In this document: in pieces, positions 1 through 6,911 of the stretch
Numbering within the stretch: position 1 is the first letter of the stretch
Layout of the letters: each line of letters begins with the position of its first letter
IMG/VR virus record: IMGVR_UViG_2675903324_000013
DNA from: a virus
Taxonomy: Duplodnaviria > Heunggongvirae > Uroviricota > Caudoviricetes
Reading direction: 5' to 3' (one strand)
DNA: 17,173 nt
Notes under the pieces: model-generated
What the model was told of the DNA's origin: nothing
What the model saw: the letters and a program-made list of their open reading frames with translations, nothing else
Databases searched by the model: none
Position numbers and translations under genes: made by a program

Positions 1-1230
1 ATGAGCAGAGCACTTAACAAACTGAGCGATACACAGCTGAGGAAAATCAACGGCACACCCGCCCAAAAAACAGCCTTTCTTAATGACGGTGGAAACCTGA
101 GCGTCAGGCATTCAACCAGTGGCCTTTTAACCTGGTATTTCACTTACAGGGCCGGAACGGGAAGGGGGGCACCACCGGAACGCATTAAGCTGGGAAATTA
201 TCCTGATCTGAGCCTGAAATCAGCCAGGGAAAAAGCCGCCCAGTGTCGCGCATGGCTGGCAGAGGGGAAAAATCCACGTCATGAAATGAATTACACCGTA
301 CAGGAAGCGTTAAAGCCGGTAACGGTTGGCGATGCGCTCACCTACTGGCTTGAGTCGTACGCAAAGGAAAACCGTGTGGATTATGACCCACTGAAAAAGC
401 GGCTAAATAATCACGTAATACAGCACATTGGCCCTATGCCGCTGGATAAATGCGAGCTACGGCACTGGCTGGCCTGTTTTGATCGGGTGGCAAAGAAAGC
501 CCCTGTTTCCGCCGGGTTCCTGCTACAGACATGCAAGCAGGCGCTTAAGTTCTGCAGGAAGCGGCGCTATGCAATCAGCAACGTTCTTGATGATATGAGT
601 GTGGCGGACGTTGGGAAAAAACCGGATATAAGTGAGCGTGTCTTAAGTAACAAAGAACTTGGCGAATTATTGCAGGCACTGGACAAAAAAATATTTTCCC
701 CTTACTACGTCGCACTAATCCGCCTCCTGATTGTTTTCGGATGCCGGACAGTAGAACTGAGGTTATCGGAGATCGGCGAGTGGGATTTTACCGAAATGCT
801 CTGGACCGTTCCGAAGGAGCACAGCAAAACGAAGGTAGCCATATTCCGGCCCATACCGGAAGCGATACTGCCGTTCGTCACGCAGCTGGTGGAGCAGAAC
901 AGGCACACGGGCTTATTGCTGGGGGAAGTGAAACAGGAAACCAGCGTATCGCAGTACGGCAGATTAGCGCACAGGAGGCTAAAACACCCTCAATGGTCAT
1001 TGCATGACATCCGGCGCACCTTTACAACCATGCTGAACGATTTAGGCGTTGATCCTCACGTCGTGGAGCAGCTTACAGGCCACCAGATGCCAGGAATGCA
1101 ACGCGTGTACAACCATTCCCGCTATATTGATGCGAAACGCAATGCGCTTGATATGTGGGTGGAGCGGTTGGAGATACTGGCGGGAACACATGAAAACGTA
1201 ACCACGCTACCAGTAACCAGAATAAAATAA
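1..1230 (+). CDS. int: Tyrosine recombinase / integrase, P4 (CP4-57) type
   Basis: 409-aa ORF starting at window base 1. C-terminal catalytic region carries the tyrosine-recombinase signature residues (…LHDIRRTFTT…, …GHQ…, …VYNHSRY…). Followed by an AlpA gene as in P4-like islands. Confidence 0.9.
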   Translation: MSRALNKLSDTQLRKINGTPAQKTAFLNDGGNLSVRHSTSGLLTWYFTYRAGTGRGAPPERIKLGNYPDLSLKSAREKAAQCRAWLAEGKNPRHEMNYTVQEALKPVTVGDALTYWLESYAKENRVDYDPLKKRLNNHVIQHIGPMPLDKCELRHWLACFDRVAKKAPVSAGFLLQTCKQALKFCRKRRYAISNVLDDMSVADVGKKPDISERVLSNKELGELLQALDKKIFSPYYVALIRLLIVFGCRTVELRLSEIGEWDFTEMLWTVPKEHSKTKVAIFRPIPEAILPFVTQLVEQNRHTGLLLGEVKQETSVSQYGRLAHRRLKHPQWSLHDIRRTFTTMLNDLGVDPHVVEQLTGHQMPGMQRVYNHSRYIDAKRNALDMWVERLEILAGTHENVTTLPVTRIK

Positions 1231-1247
1231 TTTTTTTCGTGTTTTTT

Positions 1248-1263
1248 CAGTATGCGCATACTG
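1248..1263. promoter_or_regulatory. 16-bp perfect palindrome CAGTATGCGCATACTG just downstream of int stop
   Basis: Reverse complement is identical to the sequence itself; lies in the int-alpA intergenic region. Confidence 0.35.
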
Positions 1264-1279
1264 GATAAGTGCACAGATA

Positions 1280-1319
1280 CAACGTGAAACAATGTGCAAC
1301 AACGTGACACAATCACGAA
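1280..1319. repeat. Four tandem 10-bp phased repeats (caacgtgaaa / caatgtgcaa / caacgtgaca / caatcacgaa)
   Basis: Directly visible with exact 10-bp periodicity between int and alpA; candidate binding array for a recombination-directionality factor or regulator. Confidence 0.5.
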
Positions 1320-1419
1320 CAAGAGGCCAAAAAGAATACAGATTTGTAAGTTGCTGATTTTTAATGCTCAGCTGGTTTTTTATACATTAGTGAATTACGC
1401 GTTAAAGCGTGCGAAAAAA

Positions 1420-1448
1420 GGCATAAAACAAGATTTTATGCCTTTGTA
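1420..1448 (+). terminator. Intrinsic terminator-like hairpin downstream of int
   Basis: 9-bp stem GGCATAAAA / TTTTATGCC with loop CAAGA, A-run before and T-rich tract after, so it could act in both directions. Confidence 0.5.
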
Positions 1449-1604
1449 TTAACATGAATTTAAATGATTTTATCCTGATTATTCCTCTTTCTGTAAACCA
1501 TGCGACACCAACATTTGCCAACTCTGAATCATCCTGACACAATCAGACACATCCCAACGCAATAGAACACGAAATAACTCTTTAAGAAACGAAAGGGGGC
1601 AATA

Positions 1605-1793
1605 GTGTTAAGCACTGATCGGTTTATACGTGAAAAAGAATGCGAAAAGCTAACAGGCCTTAGCCGCTCATGCCGCTACCGCCTGGAAAAGGCCGGACAA
1701 TTCCCATCACGTCGTAAACTTGGTGGGCGTTCTGTTGGCTGGTCTTTATCTGAGGTTTTGGCCTGGAAGGATAGCTGCAAGGCAGTTCACTAA
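1605..1793 (+). CDS. alpA: AlpA-family phage regulatory protein (small HTH activator / excisionase-like)
   Basis: GTG start 5 nt after a GGGGG Shine-Dalgarno; 62 aa with the AlpA pattern …LTGLSRS.RYRL…GQFP…KLGGRSVGW…EV..W. Confidence 0.85.
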   Translation: MLSTDRFIREKECEKLTGLSRSCRYRLEKAGQFPSRRKLGGRSVGWSLSEVLAWKDSCKAVH

Positions 1794-1937
1794 AAAGACT
1801 GGCGGCACACAGTCGCCACACATCCACTAATACAGAGATATAACTATGAAGATTGAATATGCGCCCGAACGTGGGCGGGGATTCGTTCGCCCTGGTGAAA
1901 CTGAAAAACAACAAAATTGGGGTTTTTCAGGCATAAA

Positions 1938-1968
1938 AAAAGCGGCCCCGATATGGAGCCGCCTTTCT
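1938..1968. terminator. Bidirectional terminator-like hairpin between alpA and the minus-strand switch genes
   Basis: A-run, stem AGCGGC / GCCGCC (one wobble), 11-12-nt loop, then T-rich sequence; on the minus strand the stem is followed by TTTTTTT. Confidence 0.45.
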
Positions 1969-2036
1969 GAACAATTAACCTGCTGCGCCTTATGTGTATG
2001 TGATCCCAAACATAAGCACGGGAATGATAGCCGCTA

Positions 2037-2240
2037 TCAGGCTGGTGGGCAATTACCTTGCTTGTTGGGGCCGTATTGTGCTGCCATTTTCATCCGTTCA
2101 GAACGTGAATATTTTTTTAGAAACTCATCAAGGACAAAAGCGCATGGAGCGAATCTTTCTGATTCATGCTCGAGCGCCATATTTTCGTGCTCTCTGTTCG
2201 TTTTTTGCGATGGTGTATTGGTTGATTCTTTATTGGTCAT
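2037..2240 (-). CDS. Hypothetical small protein, MTN… paralogue 1 (67 aa), possibly degenerate
   Basis: ORF whose start codon and first codons sit inside a 59-bp block conserved with the start of ORF 2698..2925 (both begin MTN); no clear Shine-Dalgarno; A-rich strand. Confidence 0.25.
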   Translation of the reverse strand: MTNKESTNTPSQKTNREHENMALEHESERFAPCAFVLDEFLKKYSRSERMKMAAQYGPNKQGNCPPA

Positions 2241-2293
2241 TGTGTGTACCTGTAAAGCAATGCGCCGGAGTTCCTCACGCCACGGCGCTGATG
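2235..2293. repeat. Conserved 59-bp block, copy 1 (ggtcat…ctgtaaagcaatgcgccg…cctcacgccacggcgctgatg)
   Basis: About 90% identical to 2920-2978; contains a 6-bp stem GCGCCG / CGGCGC with a 15-nt loop; spans the MTN start codon on the minus strand. Confidence 0.6.
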
Positions 2294-2297
2294 TTTT

Positions 2298-2402
2298 TTA
2301 TTCTTTGGGTTCAATACCGCGTTGCTGTAATTCTTTTCGGATTATTCGTTTTATCCAAGCTGCTAAAGAGTCATCACCGTCTTGTTGTTGTGCTTTTTCC
2401 AT
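2298..2402 (-). CDS. Very small ORF (34 aa, MEKAQQQDGDDSLAAWIKRIIRKELQQRGIEPKE); possible remnant of the C-terminal helix of an RHH-like repressor
   Basis: Occupies the same position relative to the conserved block as the RHH-like gene 2983..3162; weak C-terminal similarity (AAW/AAM…IKR…R); weak RBS. Confidence 0.15.
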   Translation of the reverse strand: MEKAQQQDGDDSLAAWIKRIIRKELQQRGIEPKE

Positions 2403-2465
2403 CTTTTCCCGTAAGTCAGGATCTAAACGGAACTGGAAAGGAGGATTACCACGCCTTTCATTTTT

Positions 2466-2520
2466 GTGTGTTGACACGTCAATTACACTCCATATAATGT
2501 GTTTATGTGTATATACACAT
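2466..2520 (+). promoter_or_regulatory. Near-consensus sigma70 promoter TTGACA (2471-2476), 16-bp spacer, TATAAT (2493-2498), flanked by GTGT-N4-ACAC operator-like sites
   Basis: Hexamers read directly. GTGTgttgACAC at 2466-2477 overlaps the -35; a 16-bp perfect palindrome ATGTGTATATACACAT at 2505-2520 overlaps the predicted transcription start. Confidence 0.5.
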
Positions 2521-2544
2521 TACACACAACTAGCACAAAAAACA

Positions 2545-2578
2545 ACGCCCCGCAGTGATGGGAACACATACGGGGCGT
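2545..2578 (-). terminator. Conserved stem-loop, copy 1: 8-bp GC-rich stem ACGCCCCG / CGGGGCGT with 18-nt loop; followed by a T-tract on the minus strand
   Basis: Homologous to 3293-3325 with one compensatory base-pair change in the stem and a near-identical loop (…GGAACACATA…). Confidence 0.4.
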
Positions 2579-2697
2579 CTAACCAAACCATTAATTGAGG
2601 TAACGATTATGGCTATAAAAGAGCATAGCTTACTCTTTATACACACACAAACGCCCCGGAAACGGAATAATCCGTTTCATAGTTCGGTTTTGTGTAC

Positions 2698-2925
2698 TCA
2701 TCCTGGCGGGCGATTCTTACGGGACTTTAGCCGCCGTGGGCAGCTTGCTAAAAATGCCTCCAACGCGAATAGTCCAGGTTTCATTTCTATCGGTATTAGT
2801 TGGATATTCAGAGGATTAGCCAGTTCGGCTTCAAGGCGAGCACAGGTTTCTAACTGCCTTTGCCGAATGATTTCATCTTCTTGCGTCTGCGTGTCTTGTA
2901 TTGGTGATAGTGTGTTGTTGGTCAT
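2698..2925 (-). CDS. Hypothetical small protein, MTN… paralogue 2 (75 aa)
   Basis: Start codon inside conserved block copy 2, directly downstream of the RHH-like gene on the same strand and in the same frame phase; helical-looking segment EDEIIRQRQLETCARLEAELAN. Confidence 0.35.
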   Translation of the reverse strand: MTNNTLSPIQDTQTQEDEIIRQRQLETCARLEAELANPLNIQLIPIEMKPGLFALEAFLASCPRRLKSRKNRPPG

Positions 2926-2978
2926 GGTACTGCCCTGTAAAGCAATGCGCCGTAGTACCTCACGCCACGGCGCTGATG
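2920..2978. repeat. Conserved 59-bp block, copy 2
   Basis: Same stem GCGCCG / CGGCGC (2947-2952 / 2968-2973); differs from copy 1 mainly in the loop and flanks. Confidence 0.6.
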
Positions 2979-2982
2979 GTGA

Positions 2983-3162
2983 TTATTCTGATTCTTTGGT
3001 CTTGCGGCGCTGGCGGCGTTTGATTTCGCCGCGCATGGCTGCGTTTATAAACTGCCCCGTGCTTTCACCTTCTTCTTTCACGTTCTCCATGCCTTCAATA
3101 ATTTCATGGGCAATACGTGCAGTTACAGATTGTGATTTTGCATTCTTTGGACCCGTTGCCAT
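2983..3162 (-). CDS. Putative ribbon-helix-helix (CopG/Arc/MetJ-like) DNA-binding protein; candidate switch repressor
   Basis: ATG at 3162 preceded by GAGGGG with 6-nt spacing. 59 aa with an N-terminal basic beta-strand (SQSVTARIA) followed by two helices (HEIIEGMENVKEEG / TGQFINAAMRGEI) and a basic tail. Operator-like boxes lie immediately upstream. The six-frame track start at 3201 lacks an RBS. Confidence 0.4.
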   Translation of the reverse strand: MATGPKNAKSQSVTARIAHEIIEGMENVKEEGESTGQFINAAMRGEIKRRQRRKTKESE

Positions 3163-3183
3163 GTTTAACCCCTCATGTTTTTG

Positions 3184-3264
3184 GTGTAAGACAATATACA
3201 CGAAAAAAAAATATTTTGAAGGGTTGACGTGTAAGACACCGTTATTTTACATTGTGTCTTACAC
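3184..3264. promoter_or_regulatory. Divergent promoter-operator region: three GTGTaagACAC boxes and back-to-back promoters
   Basis: Boxes at 3184-3193, 3229-3239 and inverted at 3254-3264. Leftward promoter: -35 TTCAAA / 16 bp / -10 TATATT (complement of 3193-3220). Rightward promoter: -35 TTGACG (3224-3229) with a weak -10 (TTACAT or TACATT) about 17-18 bp downstream. Confidence 0.45.
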
Positions 3265-3292
3265 CTTGTTAATGCAAGGTACAGAAAAGACG

Positions 3293-3325
3293 AAACCCCG
3301 CAGTGCTGGAACACATACGGGGCTT
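3293..3325 (-). terminator. Conserved stem-loop, copy 2: stem AAACCCCG / CGGGGCTT with 17-nt loop; T-rich tract on the minus strand
   Basis: Homologue of 2545-2578; lies in the 5' leader of the rightward operon and upstream of the leftward promoter. Confidence 0.4.
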
Positions 3326-3354
3326 CTAACCAACAACGTAAACTAGGAGCCGTT

Positions 3355-3552
3355 ATGGTTGCTGTAAATCATATACCACACCTTGTACACACACAAACTG
3401 CCTTTGTGTGGCGTTTTCTGGCACTGAGTGCCGGAGAATCTCAAATCATCCACGTCACCGCCTGGACGGAACGCGAAGCGCGTAGCCGTTGCCCGTCCGG
3501 TTGTGTTGCTGTATTTGCCGCCCGTATTCGTCAGGAGGTGCGCCATGATTAA
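3355..3552 (+). CDS. Hypothetical protein (65 aa), first gene of the rightward small-ORF operon
   Basis: AGGAG 6 nt upstream of the ATG; stop overlaps the next start (ATGATTAA); the first ~15 codons are conserved with a degenerate copy at 2609. Confidence 0.4.
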   Translation: MVAVNHIPHLVHTQTAFVWRFLALSAGESQIIHVTAWTEREARSRCPSGCVAVFAARIRQEVRHD

Positions 3553-3757
3553 TCTGTCACTTACTGACCTTAACCGCATTCAGTTTCGTGAGAAATTCAC
3601 AGGGCAGCTACTGGTCAATGTGGATAAAGGTCGCGTGGTGTGTAATTACTACTTACCAGATGAAGCAATTGTCGCCACAAGGGAATCATTACAGGAAATC
3701 ACAAAACGTGCCGGAATGATTAACACGAATATTCAGGGGATGCTTTATGCACAATAA
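3545..3757 (+). CDS. Hypothetical protein (70 aa)
   Basis: ATG at 3545 preceded by AGGAGG; the six-frame track ORF 3428..3757 has an upstream start without an RBS. Confidence 0.45.
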   Translation: MINLSLTDLNRIQFREKFTGQLLVNVDKGRVVCNYYLPDEAIVATRESLQEITKRAGMINTNIQGMLYAQ

Positions 3758-3986
3758 AACCACACCGGACGCAGCCGCCGAAGCCATCAAAACGCTGATG
3801 CACGCGCTGATTGATATTTCTGTTATCGCGGACAGGGCACATAAGCACGCCACCAGCGAAACAGAATATGCCGGGGCTTTCGTTCCTCACTCACTGGCTG
3901 TTATGCAATTTAGTGCTGATATGGCACTGAATGAGGCTAAAACCATCCTGATTACTGATTGTGAAAATGGGGGGGGTTATGCGTGA
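3747..3986 (+). CDS. Hypothetical protein (79 aa)
   Basis: ORF with GGGGA RBS; short overlap with its neighbours, consistent with an operon. Confidence 0.5.
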   Translation: MHNKTTPDAAAEAIKTLMHALIDISVIADRAHKHATSETEYAGAFVPHSLAVMQFSADMALNEAKTILITDCENGGGYA

Positions 3987-4212
3987 TGATCGTTTTAATT
4001 CCCTGAAACAAGAATTTTCCGGCGTTCCTGATGATGCGGCTGATGCGCTTTCGTCAATGCCAGAACTTATTAGAGCGGCTTTTTTCTTACTTTCCACGAA
4101 AGAATATAAATCAACGGGACTTGATGTACTGAATATCGCCGCCGATTATGCGGAATATGTGGCAGAGGCGCGTTACAGAAGAAAATTTCCTGAGGATGTA
4201 AGCCATGCGTGA
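3979..4212 (+). CDS. Hypothetical protein (about 77 aa; start uncertain, alternative GTG at 3961)
   Basis: ATGCGTGA overlap with the upstream stop; G-run RBS. Confidence 0.4.
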   Translation: MRDDRFNSLKQEFSGVPDDAADALSSMPELIRAAFFLLSTKEYKSTGLDVLNIAADYAEYVAEARYRRKFPEDVSHA

Positions 4213-4438
4213 TATTTATCTTGAAACAATAGACCGCGCATCACTTGCACTTTCTCACAGTGAAAACATGATGGAAATATTGCGGATGTGCCTTGAATCC
4301 TTTGGCGATAATGAACGTAATGCAAAAAAAACGCGGATTATTACATCATTAATAACGCTTCTTGAGCCTGTAATAAATGAGTTGCAGGAAATAGAGACAT
4401 TGCACGACAGATATAACGAACAGCACACCGGAGAATAA
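4205..4438 (+). CDS. Hypothetical protein (77 aa)
   Basis: Same ATGCGTGAT start context as the previous gene (coupled translation). Confidence 0.5.
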   Translation: MRDIYLETIDRASLALSHSENMMEILRMCLESFGDNERNAKKTRIITSLITLLEPVINELQEIETLHDRYNEQHTGE

Positions 4439-4443
4439 AAATA

Positions 4444-4743
4444 ATGAAACTTAAATATTCTGGCTTAACTGCCAGTGGCAACACTCACCCTAAATTTACG
4501 CGCGGTGATATTTACCGCGACCAGTACGGCGGCACGGTAATGATTAAGGGCGTGGCGGGACGGTGCGTAACTTACCGCCGTGAAGGTTACGAATATGATT
4601 GCGTGATGCCTGTTTATCAGTTCCGGCGTGATTTTTCTCTGGTACAGACCGCGCCGCATAACGTGCCCACCAGCAACGCCAGGGCACGGGCAAACATCCA
4701 GAAGCTGAAAACCATGATTAACGGATTCAGGGGCAAGAAATGA
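4444..4743 (+). CDS. Hypothetical protein (99 aa)
   Basis: GGAGAA RBS; stop overlaps the rep start (ATGA). Confidence 0.5.
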   Translation: MKLKYSGLTASGNTHPKFTRGDIYRDQYGGTVMIKGVAGRCVTYRREGYEYDCVMPVYQFRRDFSLVQTAPHNVPTSNARARANIQKLKTMINGFRGKK

Positions 4744-6137
4744 AAAGCGCACCGAACTTAAAAAAACAGCCTTACGACAAGATGACCGAAGTCATCATTT
4801 TTGCGGGTAGTGATGCGTGGGCACATGCGAAACAGTGGCAGGAACAGGACGGGCGACTGGCTGGCGATAATGTGCCTCCCATTGTGCTGGCTGATGATCA
4901 ACTGGATGAACTGGCAGACCTGAGAATCATCGACGAGGGGCGCTATTGTGTCCGGCTGTACAAGGCAGGCCACATCAGGCCATCAAATATTAATGCCATT
5001 GCGCACAAGCTGGCGGCGGCGGGCGTAACTGATGCGAATTATTACCCCGAAGGGATACACAGCCAGAAGCGGGAGAACTGGCGCGAATATCTGGAACGGG
5101 AGCGGGGGAAAAAGCCAGGGGAAGAACACCACCAGCGAAAAACCACGCTACCGATGAGCGTTGGATCTGCCGGATATGACACGCAATTAGATTACGTGGT
5201 AAAGGGGATTATTCCGGCATCGTCGCTATGCAGCATATACGGGGCAAGCGGTTCCTATAAATCATTCCTTGCGGGTTCGTGGGCGTGTCACGTTTCCACG
5301 GGCCGCCAGTGGGGAGGCCGCAGGGTGGCGCATGGCGCTGTTCTCTATGTGGTTGGTGAAGGCGGTATCGGCGTTCCGCGTCGTGTAAAAGCCTGGGAGG
5401 TTGTGCACGGTGAGCAGGTGAAAAATCTGTATCTGGTAAACCGTCCAGTTTTTCCGGCTGTCCCGCTTGATGTTGATGAACTGGTTATCGCTGCCCGTCA
5501 GGTGGAGCGGGAAACGGGTAAACCTGTACGCATGATTATTCTTGATACTCTGGCGCGTTGCTTTGGTGGCAATGATGAAAATGATTCCCGTGATATGGGG
5601 GCGTTTATCCGTGGGTGTGACGAGCTTAAACGGCGCACAGGGGCCACGGTGCTGGTGGTTCACCATTCCGGCAAGGATGAGACGAAAGGCGCGCGCGGTT
5701 CCAGTGCATTTCGTGCTTCGCTGGATGCTGAATACCGGATACGCAGGGAGGACGCAGGAAGCGAAGCGCTGGTTATCTCATGCACCAAAATGAAGGACGC
5801 GGAGGAACTCAAAGAGGCTGCCTATGATTTGCGGGTGGTGGAGCTTTTTACCGACGCTGACGGGGAGTTAATCACGTCGCTGGTGGTGGTGGATAAGCCG
5901 CGCCCTCCCGTTGAACTGGAGCGCATCGAGGAGGCAGGCAACAAGACGGAAAACCATACCGCACTATGGGGGTGCATCCGTTCACGCACACAGAACGGCG
6001 ACAAGTGCACGATCCCGCTGTTACGTGATGACATGAAACGGCTTGGGTATGACGTGAAAAATATGCGGCGATGGTTAGCCAAACTGGAAAAAGACGCCGT
6101 GATTTACATTGATGGTGATGATGTAGGACCACTGTAA
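4740..6137 (+). CDS. Replication protein: RepA-like / AAA_25-type RecA-fold ATPase with C-terminal presumed DNA-binding region
   Basis: P-loop-like motif GASGSYKS (non-canonical), Walker-B-like RMIILDTLAR, and LVVHHSGKDETKGARGSSAF typical of RepA/AAA_25 helicase-loader proteins; immediately followed by an iteron array. Confidence 0.65.
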   Translation: MKSAPNLKKQPYDKMTEVIIFAGSDAWAHAKQWQEQDGRLAGDNVPPIVLADDQLDELADLRIIDEGRYCVRLYKAGHIRPSNINAIAHKLAAAGVTDANYYPEGIHSQKRENWREYLERERGKKPGEEHHQRKTTLPMSVGSAGYDTQLDYVVKGIIPASSLCSIYGASGSYKSFLAGSWACHVSTGRQWGGRRVAHGAVLYVVGEGGIGVPRRVKAWEVVHGEQVKNLYLVNRPVFPAVPLDVDELVIAARQVERETGKPVRMIILDTLARCFGGNDENDSRDMGAFIRGCDELKRRTGATVLVVHHSGKDETKGARGSSAFRASLDAEYRIRREDAGSEALVISCTKMKDAEELKEAAYDLRVVELFTDADGELITSLVVVDKPRPPVELERIEEAGNKTENHTALWGCIRSRTQNGDKCTIPLLRDDMKRLGYDVKNMRRWLAKLEKDAVIYIDGDDVGPL

Positions 6138-6340
6138 AAAGTGAGTAGCAAAAGTGAGTAATGGTGAGGTTTTTACAAAATATTAACACGATTACTCACT
6201 TTCTCACCTGTATACATACTCAAAAGTGAGGAGTAAAAAAATGCTTATGAAACATGCACATATAAAACACGAAAATCTCAAGCGAGACGAAGTGAGACGC
6301 GTTAAAAAGTGAGGCGTAAAAGTGAGCGCGAGTGAGGAGA
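6137..6340. repeat. Iteron array, putative origin of replication: about 10 copies of AAAGTGAG(G/T) in both orientations
   Basis: GTGAG at 6141, 6154, 6164, 6226, 6292, 6309, 6322, 6332 and inverted CTCAC at 6195, 6203; spacings of 10 and 13 bp; AT-rich stretch in the middle; directly downstream of the Rep gene. Confidence 0.55.
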
Positions 6341-6348
6341 TAACCAAA

Positions 6349-6591
6349 ATGCGCAGAGACAGAACAGCGCCAAAATATAAAGCGTTAGACATGACAGAGC
6401 ACGCTTTAAAGGTGGCAATCAGAACGATAGACCGCCACGCGGGGGAAGGATACGCGAAGGAACATCCCGACCTGATAAGCGCATTCATGACCACAGCGGC
6501 GGCAAACTTTGCCACGCTGACAGAACGGGAGATTGCCGAAGCGGAACAGGTAACAACCATCAACGTTAAAACCGGAGAGGTGGAATCATGA
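6349..6591 (+). CDS. Hypothetical protein (80 aa)
   Basis: ATG at 6349 with GAGGAG 9 nt upstream; the track start (GTG 6322) lies inside the iterons. Confidence 0.45.
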   Translation: MRRDRTAPKYKALDMTEHALKVAIRTIDRHAGEGYAKEHPDLISAFMTTAAANFATLTEREIAEAEQVTTINVKTGEVES

Positions 6592-6902
6592 GCGAACCAA
6601 AATTTGGTGAAAAATTTTACAAGCACAACGGACGGATCACGATTCTGCAAATAAGCGCAGCTACACCAGGCTGGTGGGTTGAAACAGACGAAGGATCCTC
6701 ACCCGTGGCATCATGGGCGCTTTGTGTGCTTAGTTACCCTGACCGCGATGTGTATCAGGATATTCTGCCTGTGATATCCACTGACAAAGGCATGAAACCC
6801 GTAGACATCAAAAAAATGGGTTTTCAGTGCGTAATGCTCACTGAAAAAATGATGGAAGAGATGAAAAAGATGAAAAAGAACAACGCCGGATCGCTTCACT
6901 GA
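6588..6902 (+). CDS. Hypothetical protein (104 aa)
   Basis: ATGA overlap with the upstream gene; GGAGAGG RBS. Confidence 0.5.
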   Translation: MSEPKFGEKFYKHNGRITILQISAATPGWWVETDEGSSPVASWALCVLSYPDRDVYQDILPVISTDKGMKPVDIKKMGFQCVMLTEKMMEEMKKMKKNNAGSLH

Positions 6903-6911
6903 GGTGGCAAT

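Noticed and set aside
1994-2497. Hydrophobic 167-aa plus-strand ORF resembling a membrane protein
   Set aside because: It lies on a T-rich strand, where any frame yields Phe/Leu/Ile-rich peptides. GTG start without RBS, and it begins inside a terminator region. Not excluded, but unsupported.
1846-3346. Two long plus-strand ORFs from the six-frame track (1846..2598, 250 aa; 2555..3346, 263 aa)
   Set aside because: Translations are Ser/Cys-rich and low in complexity. They run straight through terminator hairpins, promoters and operator palindromes and are antisense to better-supported minus-strand genes. Their openness is explained by the minus-strand genes lacking Tyr codons, which removes most stops from the offset antisense frame. 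No RBS.
5262-6650. Minus-strand ORFs embedded in rep and the iteron region (5262..5666, 5822..6082, 5872..6189, 6204..6650)
   Set aside because: Fully antisense to a well-supported Rep gene and to the ori and downstream genes; no RBS; products are compositionally odd (His/Cys/Ser-rich).
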